Made by a program: the position numbers and the translations under genes
DNA from: a virus
Length of the DNA: 64,000 bases
Virus record (IMG/VR): IMGVR_UViG_3300003890_000014
Coordinates: 48,814-112,813 of that record
Reading direction: 5' to 3' (one strand)
Notes under the pieces: generated by a model
Databases searched by the model: none
What the model saw: only the letters and a program-made list of their open reading frames with translations
What the model was told of the DNA's origin: nothing
Shown: piece by piece, positions 48,011 through 56,638 of the stretch
How positions within the stretch are numbered: position 1 is the stretch's first letter
How the letters are laid out: each line of letters starts with the position of its first letter

Positions 48011-48213
48011 TGGAGTTACTTCTTATTCTCATTATTGTATTGTTTTTATTTTTAATAAATAAAGTACTCAATATCTCTATATCTTCAAAACCCTCTGAAA
48101 CTAAACCAGACTGTCCGCCCCACAAATGGTCATATAACTACGAAGATCGTATGCAATGTATTAAATGTAATTTTATAGCTGGAACTTTTAAAACTGATAG
48201 AGGAGATTATTAA
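48010..48213 (+). CDS. Membrane-anchored protein with CPPH..CxxC zinc finger
   Basis: N-terminal TM helix; CPPHKW...CIKC. Confidence 0.65.
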   Translation: MELLLILIIVLFLFLINKVLNISISSKPSETKPDCPPHKWSYNYEDRMQCIKCNFIAGTFKTDRGDY

Positions 48214-48507
48214 ATGGATATTAAACAAAACATAGATAAGTTGCTAAAACAAATGGAACGAGAAGTGTTTTACGTAACTCTCAAAACTATCGGACTTTTA
48301 ATAGTTTCTTTAGGTATTTTGGTAACTATTACGGTTTTAACTAAAGCACCACAAATAGCTGCATTTGTGAGTTCGGCAGCTACTACGATGTTAATTATAT
48401 CAAAATTCACCAAACCTAAGTTGTTAGAACTAGAGAAAAAATACATTTCACTTGTTCAAAAAGAACTAAGTGAAGAACAAAGGAAACGATATGAAAATAA
48501 TGCTTGA
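48214..48507 (+). CDS. Two-TM membrane protein
   Basis: Two hydrophobic helices. Confidence 0.6.
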   Translation: MDIKQNIDKLLKQMEREVFYVTLKTIGLLIVSLGILVTITVLTKAPQIAAFVSSAATTMLIISKFTKPKLLELEKKYISLVQKELSEEQRKRYENNA

Positions 48508-48676
48508 TAAGTTGAGTCTAATTTTGCTAATATTAACAATATCAGGATGTACCACAGTAGATATAACAGTAGATGAATCTGAGTGTGTTCAAGTAATAGA
48601 AAGAAATGTGGTTAAAGTAGTATGTCCAGTACGAGAAAGAAAACCCAGAGAAAGAGACTTCGGAGGAAGACGATGA
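48491..48676 (+). CDS. Small lipoprotein
   Basis: Signal peptide with lipobox ISGC. Confidence 0.6.
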   Translation: MKIMLDKLSLILLILTISGCTTVDITVDESECVQVIERNVVKVVCPVRERKPRERDFGGRR

Positions 48677-49137
48677 AACTAAAAAAACCTAATTATTATG
48701 GAATTGATCACAGTAAAATCAATGAGAAATTTGAAGGTGATTTTACCTTTGTGAACGATATGATTATTACAGGACACAAAGAGCAATTTATTACTGGAGC
48801 AGTTTATCACGCTAAAAATCCTGATACTTCTAAAGGTTATAAAGAGTATATGTTTATTTCAGGAGTTACTGACCCAGTTCTAATGCGAACTCAGTATTTT
48901 GTTTCTGGTCGAACTGCCGAAGAAATTCAACAGGACCGATTCGTTACTGGATTACTTTGCAATAAATGTTCCACTGTAGTTTATAGCGTCAACAGATATC
49001 ACAAGGAGATGTGTGAGTGTGATAACGAAGCTTTTATCGACGGCGGGAGAGATTATATTAGATCAGGTGCCAAGAATATGGCAGATACGACACATGTACA
49101 AATTGACCTTTTAACTGATAATATTAAAAAATTATAA
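48673..49137 (+). CDS. Zinc-ribbon phage protein
   Basis: CNKC..VYS..RYH..CEC...IDGG.DY; ATG 48673 with SD GGAGG. Confidence 0.7.
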   Translation: MKLKKPNYYGIDHSKINEKFEGDFTFVNDMIITGHKEQFITGAVYHAKNPDTSKGYKEYMFISGVTDPVLMRTQYFVSGRTAEEIQQDRFVTGLLCNKCSTVVYSVNRYHKEMCECDNEAFIDGGRDYIRSGAKNMADTTHVQIDLLTDNIKKL

Positions 49138-49144
49138 AATCTAA

Positions 49145-49173
49145 TTGACTACGTCGGGTTAAAAATGTAAAGT
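49145..49173 (+). promoter_or_regulatory. sigma70 promoter with GAC-N3-GTC box
   Basis: TTGACT-ACGTCG...-17-TAAAGT. Confidence 0.65.
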
Positions 49174-49191
49174 ATTGGTATGGAGTAGAAT

Positions 49192-49521
49192 GTGCCAAGA
49201 AATTTAGAACAAAAAGTAGCAATCCTTCAAGAAGACATTCGGACTCTTAATACCCTTGAGGCAAGAAGGAAGATAATTAACTTTGTTCTAGAAGAGATAG
49301 CCTTTTCTGAAGCACAGCATAGTGTAACAGAGTGGGATTTGACTGCAATGCAGTCTAACGCAGTCAACGAGTTTAACCAAGCTAATGCTTCAGCTCTCAA
49401 TATTGATCCTTCGTCTCTTAGAGTTTGGTGTTTGTTACAAGCTTTTGTCGGTTTTTTGAATAGAGAAGGGCTGATAAAATTCACATTAGAACTCAAAAAA
49501 AAGGAAATGAGGAACGTATGA
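49192..49521 (+). CDS. Hypothetical protein
   Basis: GTG start with SD GGAG; coupled to the GGDEF gene. Confidence 0.65.
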   Translation: MPRNLEQKVAILQEDIRTLNTLEARRKIINFVLEEIAFSEAQHSVTEWDLTAMQSNAVNEFNQANASALNIDPSSLRVWCLLQAFVGFLNREGLIKFTLELKKKEMRNV

Positions 49522-50345
49522 AGTTACCCTTTAGAGTAGAGCCAAAAGAGTCCTTAGAGATAGCATTTAAAGAAACTCTAGCACAACAAAAAACTGGAGA
49601 TTTATATGTTGTTTTTATTGATGGAAATTCTATTAAAAAAGTAAACGACATTTTTGGACACCTTACAGGTGATTTTGTAATCTACGAAATAGCAGAGACT
49701 ATTGTTAATAACTTAAGGTTTAAAGATCGAATTATTCGATTTGGTGGAGATGAGTTTGTACTTCTAATTAACAATTATGAAGGTTCTCATATTAAGAATT
49801 TTATTGCCCGAATTCAAACTAAAATTCGTCAAAACAATAATATTTTACAAAAGCTAAACCAACCCGTTACAGTTTCAGCAGGCGTAGTTAAATACGATAA
49901 AACCATTCATTCAGACCTAACATCAGTACTAAATGATGCGGACAAACTAATGTATGCCGCTAAAAGCGATCCTCCAGCATTTTTGAAAGTTAGCGGAGAT
50001 AAAGTGAAAGAATCACTTGACCTTCAAAATAGACGAAAATTAGACACTTCTTCAAAGCGTTTAAGGAGTTTATTTACTTGGGTAGTATGCACATTAACTA
50101 ACGAAAATCCTGAGTATGATTTAGATATTTTAACCGAAGCAGTTAGAGAAATTTGGAGAATAAATGGAAAAAAGATTTTATATAAATCTTCTATAAATGA
50201 GGTGGTACAATTAGTTAAATCTAATTATATTGTTTTATTTGGTCGTAAAAAACCAACTACGACGCAAAATACAAACTTTAGACAACAAATTATTAAAGAG
50301 TTGAATGATTTTTTACAGGATTATAAAGATAAGAAGGTATCTTAA
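49518..50345 (+). CDS. GGDEF-domain diguanylate cyclase
   Basis: FIDGNSIKKVNDIFGH.TGD, RFKD I-site, RFGGDEF, TVSAGV, ADKLMYAAK; ~110 aa C-terminal extension. Confidence 0.88.
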   Translation: MKLPFRVEPKESLEIAFKETLAQQKTGDLYVVFIDGNSIKKVNDIFGHLTGDFVIYEIAETIVNNLRFKDRIIRFGGDEFVLLINNYEGSHIKNFIARIQTKIRQNNNILQKLNQPVTVSAGVVKYDKTIHSDLTSVLNDADKLMYAAKSDPPAFLKVSGDKVKESLDLQNRRKLDTSSKRLRSLFTWVVCTLTNENPEYDLDILTEAVREIWRINGKKILYKSSINEVVQLVKSNYIVLFGRKKPTTTQNTNFRQQIIKELNDFLQDYKDKKVS

Positions 50346-50552
50346 ATGGATGTTAGATTTCAAAAACAACTCATAGAACTTAGTTTAAAAACCGCAGAAG
50401 CTGAAAAAGCTAGAGGTAGCATAGGTTTGTATGAGATTTTTAAAGCTCAAGCTGATAGAATTCAAGCAGAATTAGATAAGTATTTAAGTACGTTACCAAA
50501 ATGTAAAAAGAAAACATCTAAGAGGAGAAAAAAACGTGTTCAAAAAAGGTGA
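50346..50552 (+). CDS. Hypothetical basic protein
   Basis: Co-oriented, SD AAGG. Confidence 0.6.
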   Translation: MDVRFQKQLIELSLKTAEAEKARGSIGLYEIFKAQADRIQAELDKYLSTLPKCKKKTSKRRKKRVQKR

Positions 50553-50859
50553 TTGGGTAATATCAGAACGAGAAGAATCAGGAAATCGTCCATTTAAGAT
50601 TACAGAAGAGCCTACTCCTACTACAGTATATGTAGAAGCTCATCCTATAAAATCTATTAGAACTTTTTCAGTAACTGATGATTTTGGTAAACAACATTAT
50701 ATGGAAGAACTTCGCCTAGCTACTGAAAAAGATTTTATCTCTTATCTCAGTACTTTTGACGAAGATTATGAAAAGCTTGAACAAAGCCGAGAAATTTTTA
50801 GGGCTGTATTTAGATCTTTTTTAAAAGAATCTCGCCCTGGGATTTTTCCTCAAGATTAA
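50536..50859 (+). CDS. Hypothetical protein (FKKGDWV, KOW/SH3-like start)
   Basis: GTG start with SD GAGGAG; LRLAT motif. Confidence 0.6.
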   Translation: MFKKGDWVISEREESGNRPFKITEEPTPTTVYVEAHPIKSIRTFSVTDDFGKQHYMEELRLATEKDFISYLSTFDEDYEKLEQSREIFRAVFRSFLKESRPGIFPQD

Positions 50860-50902
50860 TAAAAATTAAATTCGCTAAAGTAAGATGAAGTTAGGAGCAG
50901 CT

Positions 50903-52780
50903 ATGAATTACTTTACAGACCCAGCATCTGAGTTTGTGTATGTGCGAACGTATTCAAGATGGATCGAAAGTCTAAGTCGAAGAGAGACTTGGCCTGAAAC
51001 AGTCGATAGATATATCAACTTTTTAGATACTCAAAGAGGAGAAATCATTACTCAAAAAGTTCTTAAAAAAATAAAAAAGTATATGTTATCTTTTGACGTA
51101 ATGCCTTCTATGAGAGCTGTTTGGGCTTCTGGACCCGCAGCTAATCAAGATAATACCACAATATTTAATTGTGCTTTTGCTGAGATGGACTCGATAGAGT
51201 CTTTTGCAGAGTGTCTTTACATTTTAATGTGTGGAACTGGATTTGGTTTTTCTGTTACAAAAGAAGCTATTGAAAAACTACCAGTAATTCCAATTTTCTC
51301 AGTCTCTCCTGATCCTGAGATAATAGTAATAGAGGATAGTAAAAAAGGATGGGCAGACAGCCTTAAAATCCTTCTGACTAGACTTTATAGCGGAAAATGC
51401 AATATTCACTTTGATTACTCTAAAATTAGACCAGAAGGAGCAAGACTAATGACTATGGGGGGTAGAGCCTCCGGTCCAGACCCTCTACGTCGTTTACATG
51501 AATTTATTAGTCATATGTTTGCTAGTGCTCAAGGTCGCAAACTAACATCTCTTGAAGTACACGACATATGCAATAAGATTGCTGAAATAGTAGTCGTAGG
51601 GGGTGTTCGTCGATCTTCTCAAATTTCTTTATCTGATCTTACCGATGAAGAAATGAGATCTGCAAAAAATCCTCCATTCCCTCCTCATAGGTTCATGGCT
51701 AATAATAGTGCTATCTATGATAAAAAACCCGATGCAGTGACTTTTCTTAAAGAGTGGGCATCGCTCGCATCAAGTGGTTCTGGAGAAAGAGGTATTTTTA
51801 ATCTAGCAGGAGCTAAAACAAAAGCCCCAAAGCGTAGAGATACTTCACTTATTAGAGGCACAAATCCATGCGCTGAGATTATGCTTAGAGATAAAGAGTT
51901 TTGTAATTTATCTGAAGTAGTTATTAAAGCAAATGATGATGTAGATACACTTTTGGATAAAGTGGAGACAGCCACTTGGATTGGGGTCATTCAAGCAACT
52001 TTCACCCATTTTCCTTATCTCAGAAAAAAATGGAAACAAAATTGCGATGAAGAGCGACTTTTAGGAGTTAGCCTGACTGGTCAGATGGATAATCCAGAAC
52101 TTCTAGTCCCCGACGTCCTAAAAGCTTTAAAGCGCAAAGCTTTAAAAGTAGCTAAACACGCATCTGATAAGTTAGGCATTCCAATGCCAGCAGCAGTGAC
52201 TTGTGTTAAACCTAGTGGTACAGTCTCTCAACTAGTAAATTCAGCAAGCGGCCTCCATGCAAGGCATTCTGATTACTATATTAGGAGATATCGAATTTCA
52301 GCCAATGATCCATTATTCGCCATGCTTAGAGATCAATCTGTTCCTCTAAAACCTGAAGTAGGTCAAAATTTTGAGAATGCAACAACTTGGGTAGTAGAGT
52401 TTCCAATTAAGTCTCCAGAAGATTGCGTAACTAGAAATGATGTAACAGCTATTGAGCAACTCGAACACTACAAAAAATTACAAGAAAATTGGTGCGAGCA
52501 TAATGCTTCTGCCACTATCTATGTTAAAGATTCAGAATGGTTTGAAGTAGGTAATTGGGTATACAGGAATTGGGAATATATCAATGGGGTATCATTTTTA
52601 CCTCATGATGGGGGCATTTATGAGCTTGCCCCTTATGAAGAAATAACCAAAGAAGAGTATGAAAAGCTTATAAAAAATTTTCCTAAAATCGACTACTCTC
52701 AACTTAGTAAATATGAATTAGAGGATAATACTCAAGGTTCTCAGGCACTCGCTTGTGTTGCTGGAATATGCGAAATTTGA
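50903..52780 (+). CDS. nrdJ: Class II (B12-dependent, monomeric) ribonucleotide reductase
   Basis: RTYSRW, FNCAF, GGVRRS, TNPCAEI, FCNLSEV, TCVKPSGTVSQL, C-terminal CVAGICEI; SD AGGAG favours ATG 50903 (track start 50885). Confidence 0.92.
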   Translation: MNYFTDPASEFVYVRTYSRWIESLSRRETWPETVDRYINFLDTQRGEIITQKVLKKIKKYMLSFDVMPSMRAVWASGPAANQDNTTIFNCAFAEMDSIESFAECLYILMCGTGFGFSVTKEAIEKLPVIPIFSVSPDPEIIVIEDSKKGWADSLKILLTRLYSGKCNIHFDYSKIRPEGARLMTMGGRASGPDPLRRLHEFISHMFASAQGRKLTSLEVHDICNKIAEIVVVGGVRRSSQISLSDLTDEEMRSAKNPPFPPHRFMANNSAIYDKKPDAVTFLKEWASLASSGSGERGIFNLAGAKTKAPKRRDTSLIRGTNPCAEIMLRDKEFCNLSEVVIKANDDVDTLLDKVETATWIGVIQATFTHFPYLRKKWKQNCDEERLLGVSLTGQMDNPELLVPDVLKALKRKALKVAKHASDKLGIPMPAAVTCVKPSGTVSQLVNSASGLHARHSDYYIRRYRISANDPLFAMLRDQSVPLKPEVGQNFENATTWVVEFPIKSPEDCVTRNDVTAIEQLEHYKKLQENWCEHNASATIYVKDSEWFEVGNWVYRNWEYINGVSFLPHDGGIYELAPYEEITKEEYEKLIKNFPKIDYSQLSKYELEDNTQGSQALACVAGICEI

Positions 52781-52809
52781 TTGACAACGATAGATCAATT
52801 TGATAGGTT
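52781..52809 (+). promoter_or_regulatory. sigma70 promoter
   Basis: TTGACA-17-TAGGTT directly after the nrdJ stop. Confidence 0.65.
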
Positions 52810-52815
52810 ATAAAA

Positions 52816-52915
52816 ACAAGGTCCCAACAAAGCCGGACGCATCGAACCGCAAGGTCATTATAACGTGGCTGGAGGATATAGAGGAGGTATGTTGCAACCC
52901 CGCCCTGTATTTTTT
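52816..52915 (+). ncRNA. Candidate structured leader RNA/attenuator upstream of the cytochrome c gene
   Basis: GC-rich island; AGCC..GGCT stem enclosing an ACC-GCAA-GGT GNRA hairpin, then an imperfect stem with a T6 run abutting SD GGAGG. Confidence 0.4.
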
Positions 52916-52924
52916 GGAGGATAG

Positions 52925-53212
52925 ATGTCTTGGGAATTAATTTTTCTTTGTTTGAGTGCGAATTACTATACAGAAGTAATTCCTACTTATACTAAAGATA
53001 TTAAACCAGTTTTCCAGAAGCATTGTGCGCAGTGCCATAATGCCAATTGGCAAACTAAAAACTGGATGGTCTATAAGACGGCATTTATTAATAGGGATTT
53101 AATTAGAACCAGAGTTCAGCAAAGAACTATGCCACCTGGAAACCTAACTAATATGACCCCTATAGAAAAAGATTTAATAATTCAATGGGTAGATAAAGGA
53201 GCAAAAGAATGA
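52925..53212 (+). CDS. Small c-type cytochrome
   Basis: PTY..DIKPVFQKHCAQCH (CxxCH), distal MPP, IIQWVDKGA; SD GGAGG. Confidence 0.75.
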   Translation: MSWELIFLCLSANYYTEVIPTYTKDIKPVFQKHCAQCHNANWQTKNWMVYKTAFINRDLIRTRVQQRTMPPGNLTNMTPIEKDLIIQWVDKGAKE

Positions 53213-53634
53213 TAGTAAAGGTAAAAAAACTACACCCTAGCGCAGTTATCCCAACTTACGCTAAAAACGGGGATGCAGCCTTAGATCTTACCGCTATATC
53301 GAAAGAGTGGGATGAAGAAAAAGGTTTAGTAATATTTGGAACGGGACTTGCATTCGAAATTCCACAAGGTTATGTAGGGCTTCTTTTTCCAAGAAGTTCA
53401 GTAATTAAAACTCCTCTTATTCTAGCCAACTCAGTTGGGGTGCTGGATGCTGGATATCGTGGTGAAGTAAAGTTTATGTTTAGACCAGTAGATCGTGCTC
53501 GTAAAAACTACGAAATAGGAGATAGAGTTGGGCAAATTATCATTATCCCTTTTCCTCAGATCACATTTGTTGAGGCACTAAAGTTATCGGATTCTGATCG
53601 AGGAGAAGGTGGTTTTGGGAGTACAGGTACCTAA
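53209..53634 (+). CDS. dut: dUTPase (trimeric)
   Basis: GDAALDL, PRSS, GVLDAGYRGE, GQIII, RGEGGFGSTG motifs I-V. Confidence 0.95.
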   Translation: MIVKVKKLHPSAVIPTYAKNGDAALDLTAISKEWDEEKGLVIFGTGLAFEIPQGYVGLLFPRSSVIKTPLILANSVGVLDAGYRGEVKFMFRPVDRARKNYEIGDRVGQIIIIPFPQITFVEALKLSDSDRGEGGFGSTGT

Positions 53635-53635
53635 T

Positions 53636-53806
53636 ATGAGAAAGTTTATGAATTTTCAATCTCATCTTTTCTATAACTCTAGATTGAATTTTATTATGTT
53701 TTGGTTTTGTGTAGGAGTTAATACTTTAGCTTTTGGACCTTTGGGAGCAATTGTTATTCCAGCATTTTTGTATACATTTTATTTAGCTGGAAAGGGCGAA
53801 TTGTAA
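53636..53806 (+). CDS. Small membrane protein
   Basis: Two hydrophobic stretches; fills the dut-thyX gap. Confidence 0.5.
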   Translation: MRKFMNFQSHLFYNSRLNFIMFWFCVGVNTLAFGPLGAIVIPAFLYTFYLAGKGEL

Positions 53807-54447
53807 TGTTAAAAGCTATTTATATTAATCATATGGGTAACGATTTAACTACAGTAAATGCTGCTAGAATTTCCTTTGGAAATGAAGCCGAAACACTTAC
53901 TGAACGAGACGAAAAGCTTATTGGATATTTAGCTCGAAATGAACACATGTCCCCGTTTGAACATAATGTTCTAACCGTTATGATCGAATGTCCTCTTTAT
54001 ATCCGAAGTCAGATTCACAGACATCGCACCTTCTCTTATAATGAAGTTTCTAGACGCTATACTGTCGAAAATCTTGAATTTTATGTTCCACCTGTAGAAG
54101 ATATTAGAAGCCAGTCTAAATCAAATAAACAAACTTCTGATGGGCTTTTACCACTAACTACAGCTAAAGCTATTCATAAAGCTTTTGAAACTCATTGTAA
54201 AAAGTCTTTAGAGCTTCTTGAGTTAATGATAAAAAATGGAATGGCAAGAGAACAGGCCCGAGCTATATTATCTCAAGCTTTAATGACTAAATTTTATATG
54301 ACTGGAAATCTTAGAAATTGGGTTCATTTTGTAAAATTAAGACAACACTCTCATGCTCAAAAAGAAGTTCAAGAAATTGCTCTAGCTATTAAAGCGATTA
54401 TTATAGATAAATTTCCTGTAAGTGCTAAAGCATTATTTGGGGAGTAA
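53806..54447 (+). CDS. thyX: FAD-dependent thymidylate synthase
   Basis: AARIS, HMSPFEH, RHRTFSYNEVSRRY, REQAR, NLRNW.HF..LR...AQ.E. Confidence 0.95.
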   Translation: MLKAIYINHMGNDLTTVNAARISFGNEAETLTERDEKLIGYLARNEHMSPFEHNVLTVMIECPLYIRSQIHRHRTFSYNEVSRRYTVENLEFYVPPVEDIRSQSKSNKQTSDGLLPLTTAKAIHKAFETHCKKSLELLELMIKNGMAREQARAILSQALMTKFYMTGNLRNWVHFVKLRQHSHAQKEVQEIALAIKAIIIDKFPVSAKALFGE

Positions 54448-54448
54448 T

Positions 54449-54670
54449 ATGCCTTTTAAATATACCGTAATAGAACTTAGTCATTGGGATGAAGTAGAAG
54501 CTGAGATTAATCGTCAAGCAGAACATGGTTGGGAACCTTTTAATATTTTTAAAAAGAATACCTATAAACCCTTAACTTCTGGAAAAGTAGAAGTACCAAT
54601 TTTAGTTCTTAGAAAAGTATTCCGCCGACCAAGAAAGAAGAAAAATGAGAATATTCATAAAACAGAATAG
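54449..54670 (+). CDS. DUF4177-like small protein
   Basis: FKY.V....E.EIN..AEHGWE...FRRP pattern; SD GGAG. Confidence 0.5.
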   Translation: MPFKYTVIELSHWDEVEAEINRQAEHGWEPFNIFKKNTYKPLTSGKVEVPILVLRKVFRRPRKKKNENIHKTE

Positions 54671-54820
54671 TAAAGGTGAAGCTTATCTTGATATTAAGGA
54701 TTTTAAGCAATTCTTTTGATATAAAGAAGATAGTCTATTATGACCTGTATCCTGAAGGACACATTCTTACTTTAAAATTTTTTGATAAAGATAAAAATGT
54801 TATTCCAGTTAAAAAAGTAG

Positions 54821-54849
54821 TTGACAACGTCGGTACAGTTCGTTATAGT
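54821..54849 (+). promoter_or_regulatory. sigma70 promoter with GAC-N3-GTC box; leaderless recombinase mRNA
   Basis: TTGACA-ACGTCG..-17-TATAGT-7 nt-ATG(54857). Confidence 0.7.
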
Positions 54850-54856
54850 GATATTC

Positions 54857-55777
54857 ATGAGCAACGTAATCCTAAAACCAAAAAGAAATGTAGTAAACGA
54901 GTTCATAAATAATTTTACTTCTGAGCATACTAGAGCCGCTTATCTTCACGATGTTCAAGATTTCTTATCATTTTTTAATGGATCTGTAAATCATCCAGAA
55001 CAACTTAATCTCCAACATTTTATAGATTATAGAGACTTTTTGATCAATAATAAAAGAACAACTGCTACAATTAATCGAAAACTTTCAAGTATTAAAAGTT
55101 TAATGACCTGGTGTGCCGCCAATGGAGTCATCGCACACAATCCTGCAACAAACCTTAAGCTCCCTAAAGTGAATATTCATACCCCCACCCTAGCATTCAC
55201 TGATGACGAGGTTAAGAAAATGCTTGAATCACCTGATGACTCTACCTTTTCTGGAGTATCCCATAAGCTTATTCTTGCGTTTCTATTCTTTTTTGGTCTA
55301 CGAAGATCAGAATTGATCAATATTAAACTTGAAGATATTTATGAAGATCGAGGGGTTACTATTCTTAAAGTTAAAGGAAAAGGTGGAAAAGAGCGATTTT
55401 TACCTTTTACACCCGAATTGTTAGTTTATTTTAATGCATATAAGTATACCTATAGTTTACATTCTGGAACTAAATTAAACTCTGACGATTTTTTACTTCA
55501 AACTAGCACCTCTTCAAAAAGCTCAAAACCTATCAATCCATCCACTATATTCCGTATTGTAACTCGCTATGCCAGACAATGTGGAATTGACCGTAGAGTA
55601 AGTCCTCATAGCTGCAGGGCTACTGTAATATCTCATTTACTTGAAAATCAGATCTCTCCTCGTCATGTCGCTGATTTCGCTGGTCATAGCAATATTCAAA
55701 CTACTATAGGAATATATGATAAAAAGAGGGACGGTATTACGAACTCTGCTGCTTATAAGGTTAAATATGGGAATTAA
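54857..55777 (+). CDS. XerC/D-like tyrosine recombinase
   Basis: SAM-like N-domain (TRAAY.D, ATINRKLSSIKS); catalytic GLRRSE, KGKGGKER, SPHSCR, AGHSNIQTT..Y. Confidence 0.92.
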   Translation: MSNVILKPKRNVVNEFINNFTSEHTRAAYLHDVQDFLSFFNGSVNHPEQLNLQHFIDYRDFLINNKRTTATINRKLSSIKSLMTWCAANGVIAHNPATNLKLPKVNIHTPTLAFTDDEVKKMLESPDDSTFSGVSHKLILAFLFFFGLRRSELINIKLEDIYEDRGVTILKVKGKGGKERFLPFTPELLVYFNAYKYTYSLHSGTKLNSDDFLLQTSTSSKSSKPINPSTIFRIVTRYARQCGIDRRVSPHSCRATVISHLLENQISPRHVADFAGHSNIQTTIGIYDKKRDGITNSAAYKVKYGN

Positions 55778-55913
55778 ACAAAAGTTCAAAGAACTCAAAA
55801 TTTCAAATAAACTGATTGTTGCAGGATTGGCACTTTTAACTATTCCTGGATCAAGTATTATTTTAGGAGCAATTCTTCTAAAAAAAGGTTTTAAACGACT
55901 GAGGAGAAAATAA
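55767..55913 (+). CDS. Small basic membrane peptide
   Basis: MGIKQK..LIVAGLALLTIPGSSIILGAILL-KKGFKRLRRK. Confidence 0.5.
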   Translation: MGIKQKFKELKISNKLIVAGLALLTIPGSSIILGAILLKKGFKRLRRK

Positions 55914-56240
55914 ATGTTTGTACCTTTAGTTGTTCTTGAGAATGAAAAGGCTATATATAATGTAGAACAAATGTTTACCATGCTCGATAAGTATGTTGCC
56001 TCTAAATCTCCCGATCTAACAATAGGTAACGTGGGATTTGTTAAATCTCAATGTTTTGGAGTTTTAAAGAGTTTTTATGACGCAAAAAAACTTCATGGGT
56101 TCAAACCCAATGAAATAGAGATTATAGTAGTACTTTTTATTATGGATAGATATTGGGTAAGCAGAGAACGGGTAGAAGCAGCTGAAGTTGTACATTCATT
56201 AAATCCTCATGTTTGGTTACGATTATACTTGACAAGATAG
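55914..56240 (+). CDS. Hypothetical protein
   Basis: SD GAGGAG. Confidence 0.65.
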   Translation: MFVPLVVLENEKAIYNVEQMFTMLDKYVASKSPDLTIGNVGFVKSQCFGVLKSFYDAKKLHGFKPNEIEIIVVLFIMDRYWVSRERVEAAEVVHSLNPHVWLRLYLTR

Positions 56241-56258
56241 GGTTAGATTTGTTAATGT
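56229..56258 (+). promoter_or_regulatory. sigma70 promoter
   Basis: TTGACA-18-TAATGT with TG. Confidence 0.5.
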
Positions 56259-56271
56259 GAAAGGAGAATAT

Positions 56272-56454
56272 ATGATGTGTAAATTTTTTGACCCATTTGA
56301 GGGACAAGAGGTTGAAATGGAATTCGAACAGGAAGTATATGAGATTCTTTGTAATATTAGTGAGAGAAAGGTTAACGGACTTCCACTGATATATAAGAGT
56401 CTTTATGAGGAGGAAGTAAAAAATGCAAGAACAGCAAACATTGCAAAAACTTAA
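56272..56454 (+). CDS. Hypothetical acidic protein
   Basis: SD AAGGAG before ATG 56272. Confidence 0.55.
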   Translation: MMCKFFDPFEGQEVEMEFEQEVYEILCNISERKVNGLPLIYKSLYEEEVKNARTANIAKT

Positions 56455-56638
56455 AGACCTTGAGAGCATAGCTAAAGCTTTTATAGAGCAGCCAGGTCTC
56501 GCCTCAGAAAACGAAGTAATTCTAGCAAAAGCCTTTATTAAATTGATTGGTATGTTAGAAACCTCTGAGCAAGAAAAATCATTGCTTAGAACACGACTTA
56601 AAACTATAGGAGTAATCGATGAAACCAAATCCAAATAA
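56423..56638 (+). CDS. Hypothetical protein
   Basis: SD GAGGAGG. Confidence 0.6.
   Translation: MQEQQTLQKLKDLESIAKAFIEQPGLASENEVILAKAFIKLIGMLETSEQEKSLLRTRLKTIGVIDETKSK

Noticed and set aside
52816-52915. c-di-GMP-I, cobalamin or twister/HDV ribozyme identity for the leader RNA
   Set aside because: Only isolated words match (CAAAGCC, GGTCCCAA); the required conserved cores are not present by eye.
54676-54912. 78 aa GTG-start ORF before the recombinase
   Set aside because: Its 3' part overlaps the recombinase promoter and start; there are no recognisable motifs and the boundaries are uncertain, so it was not called.
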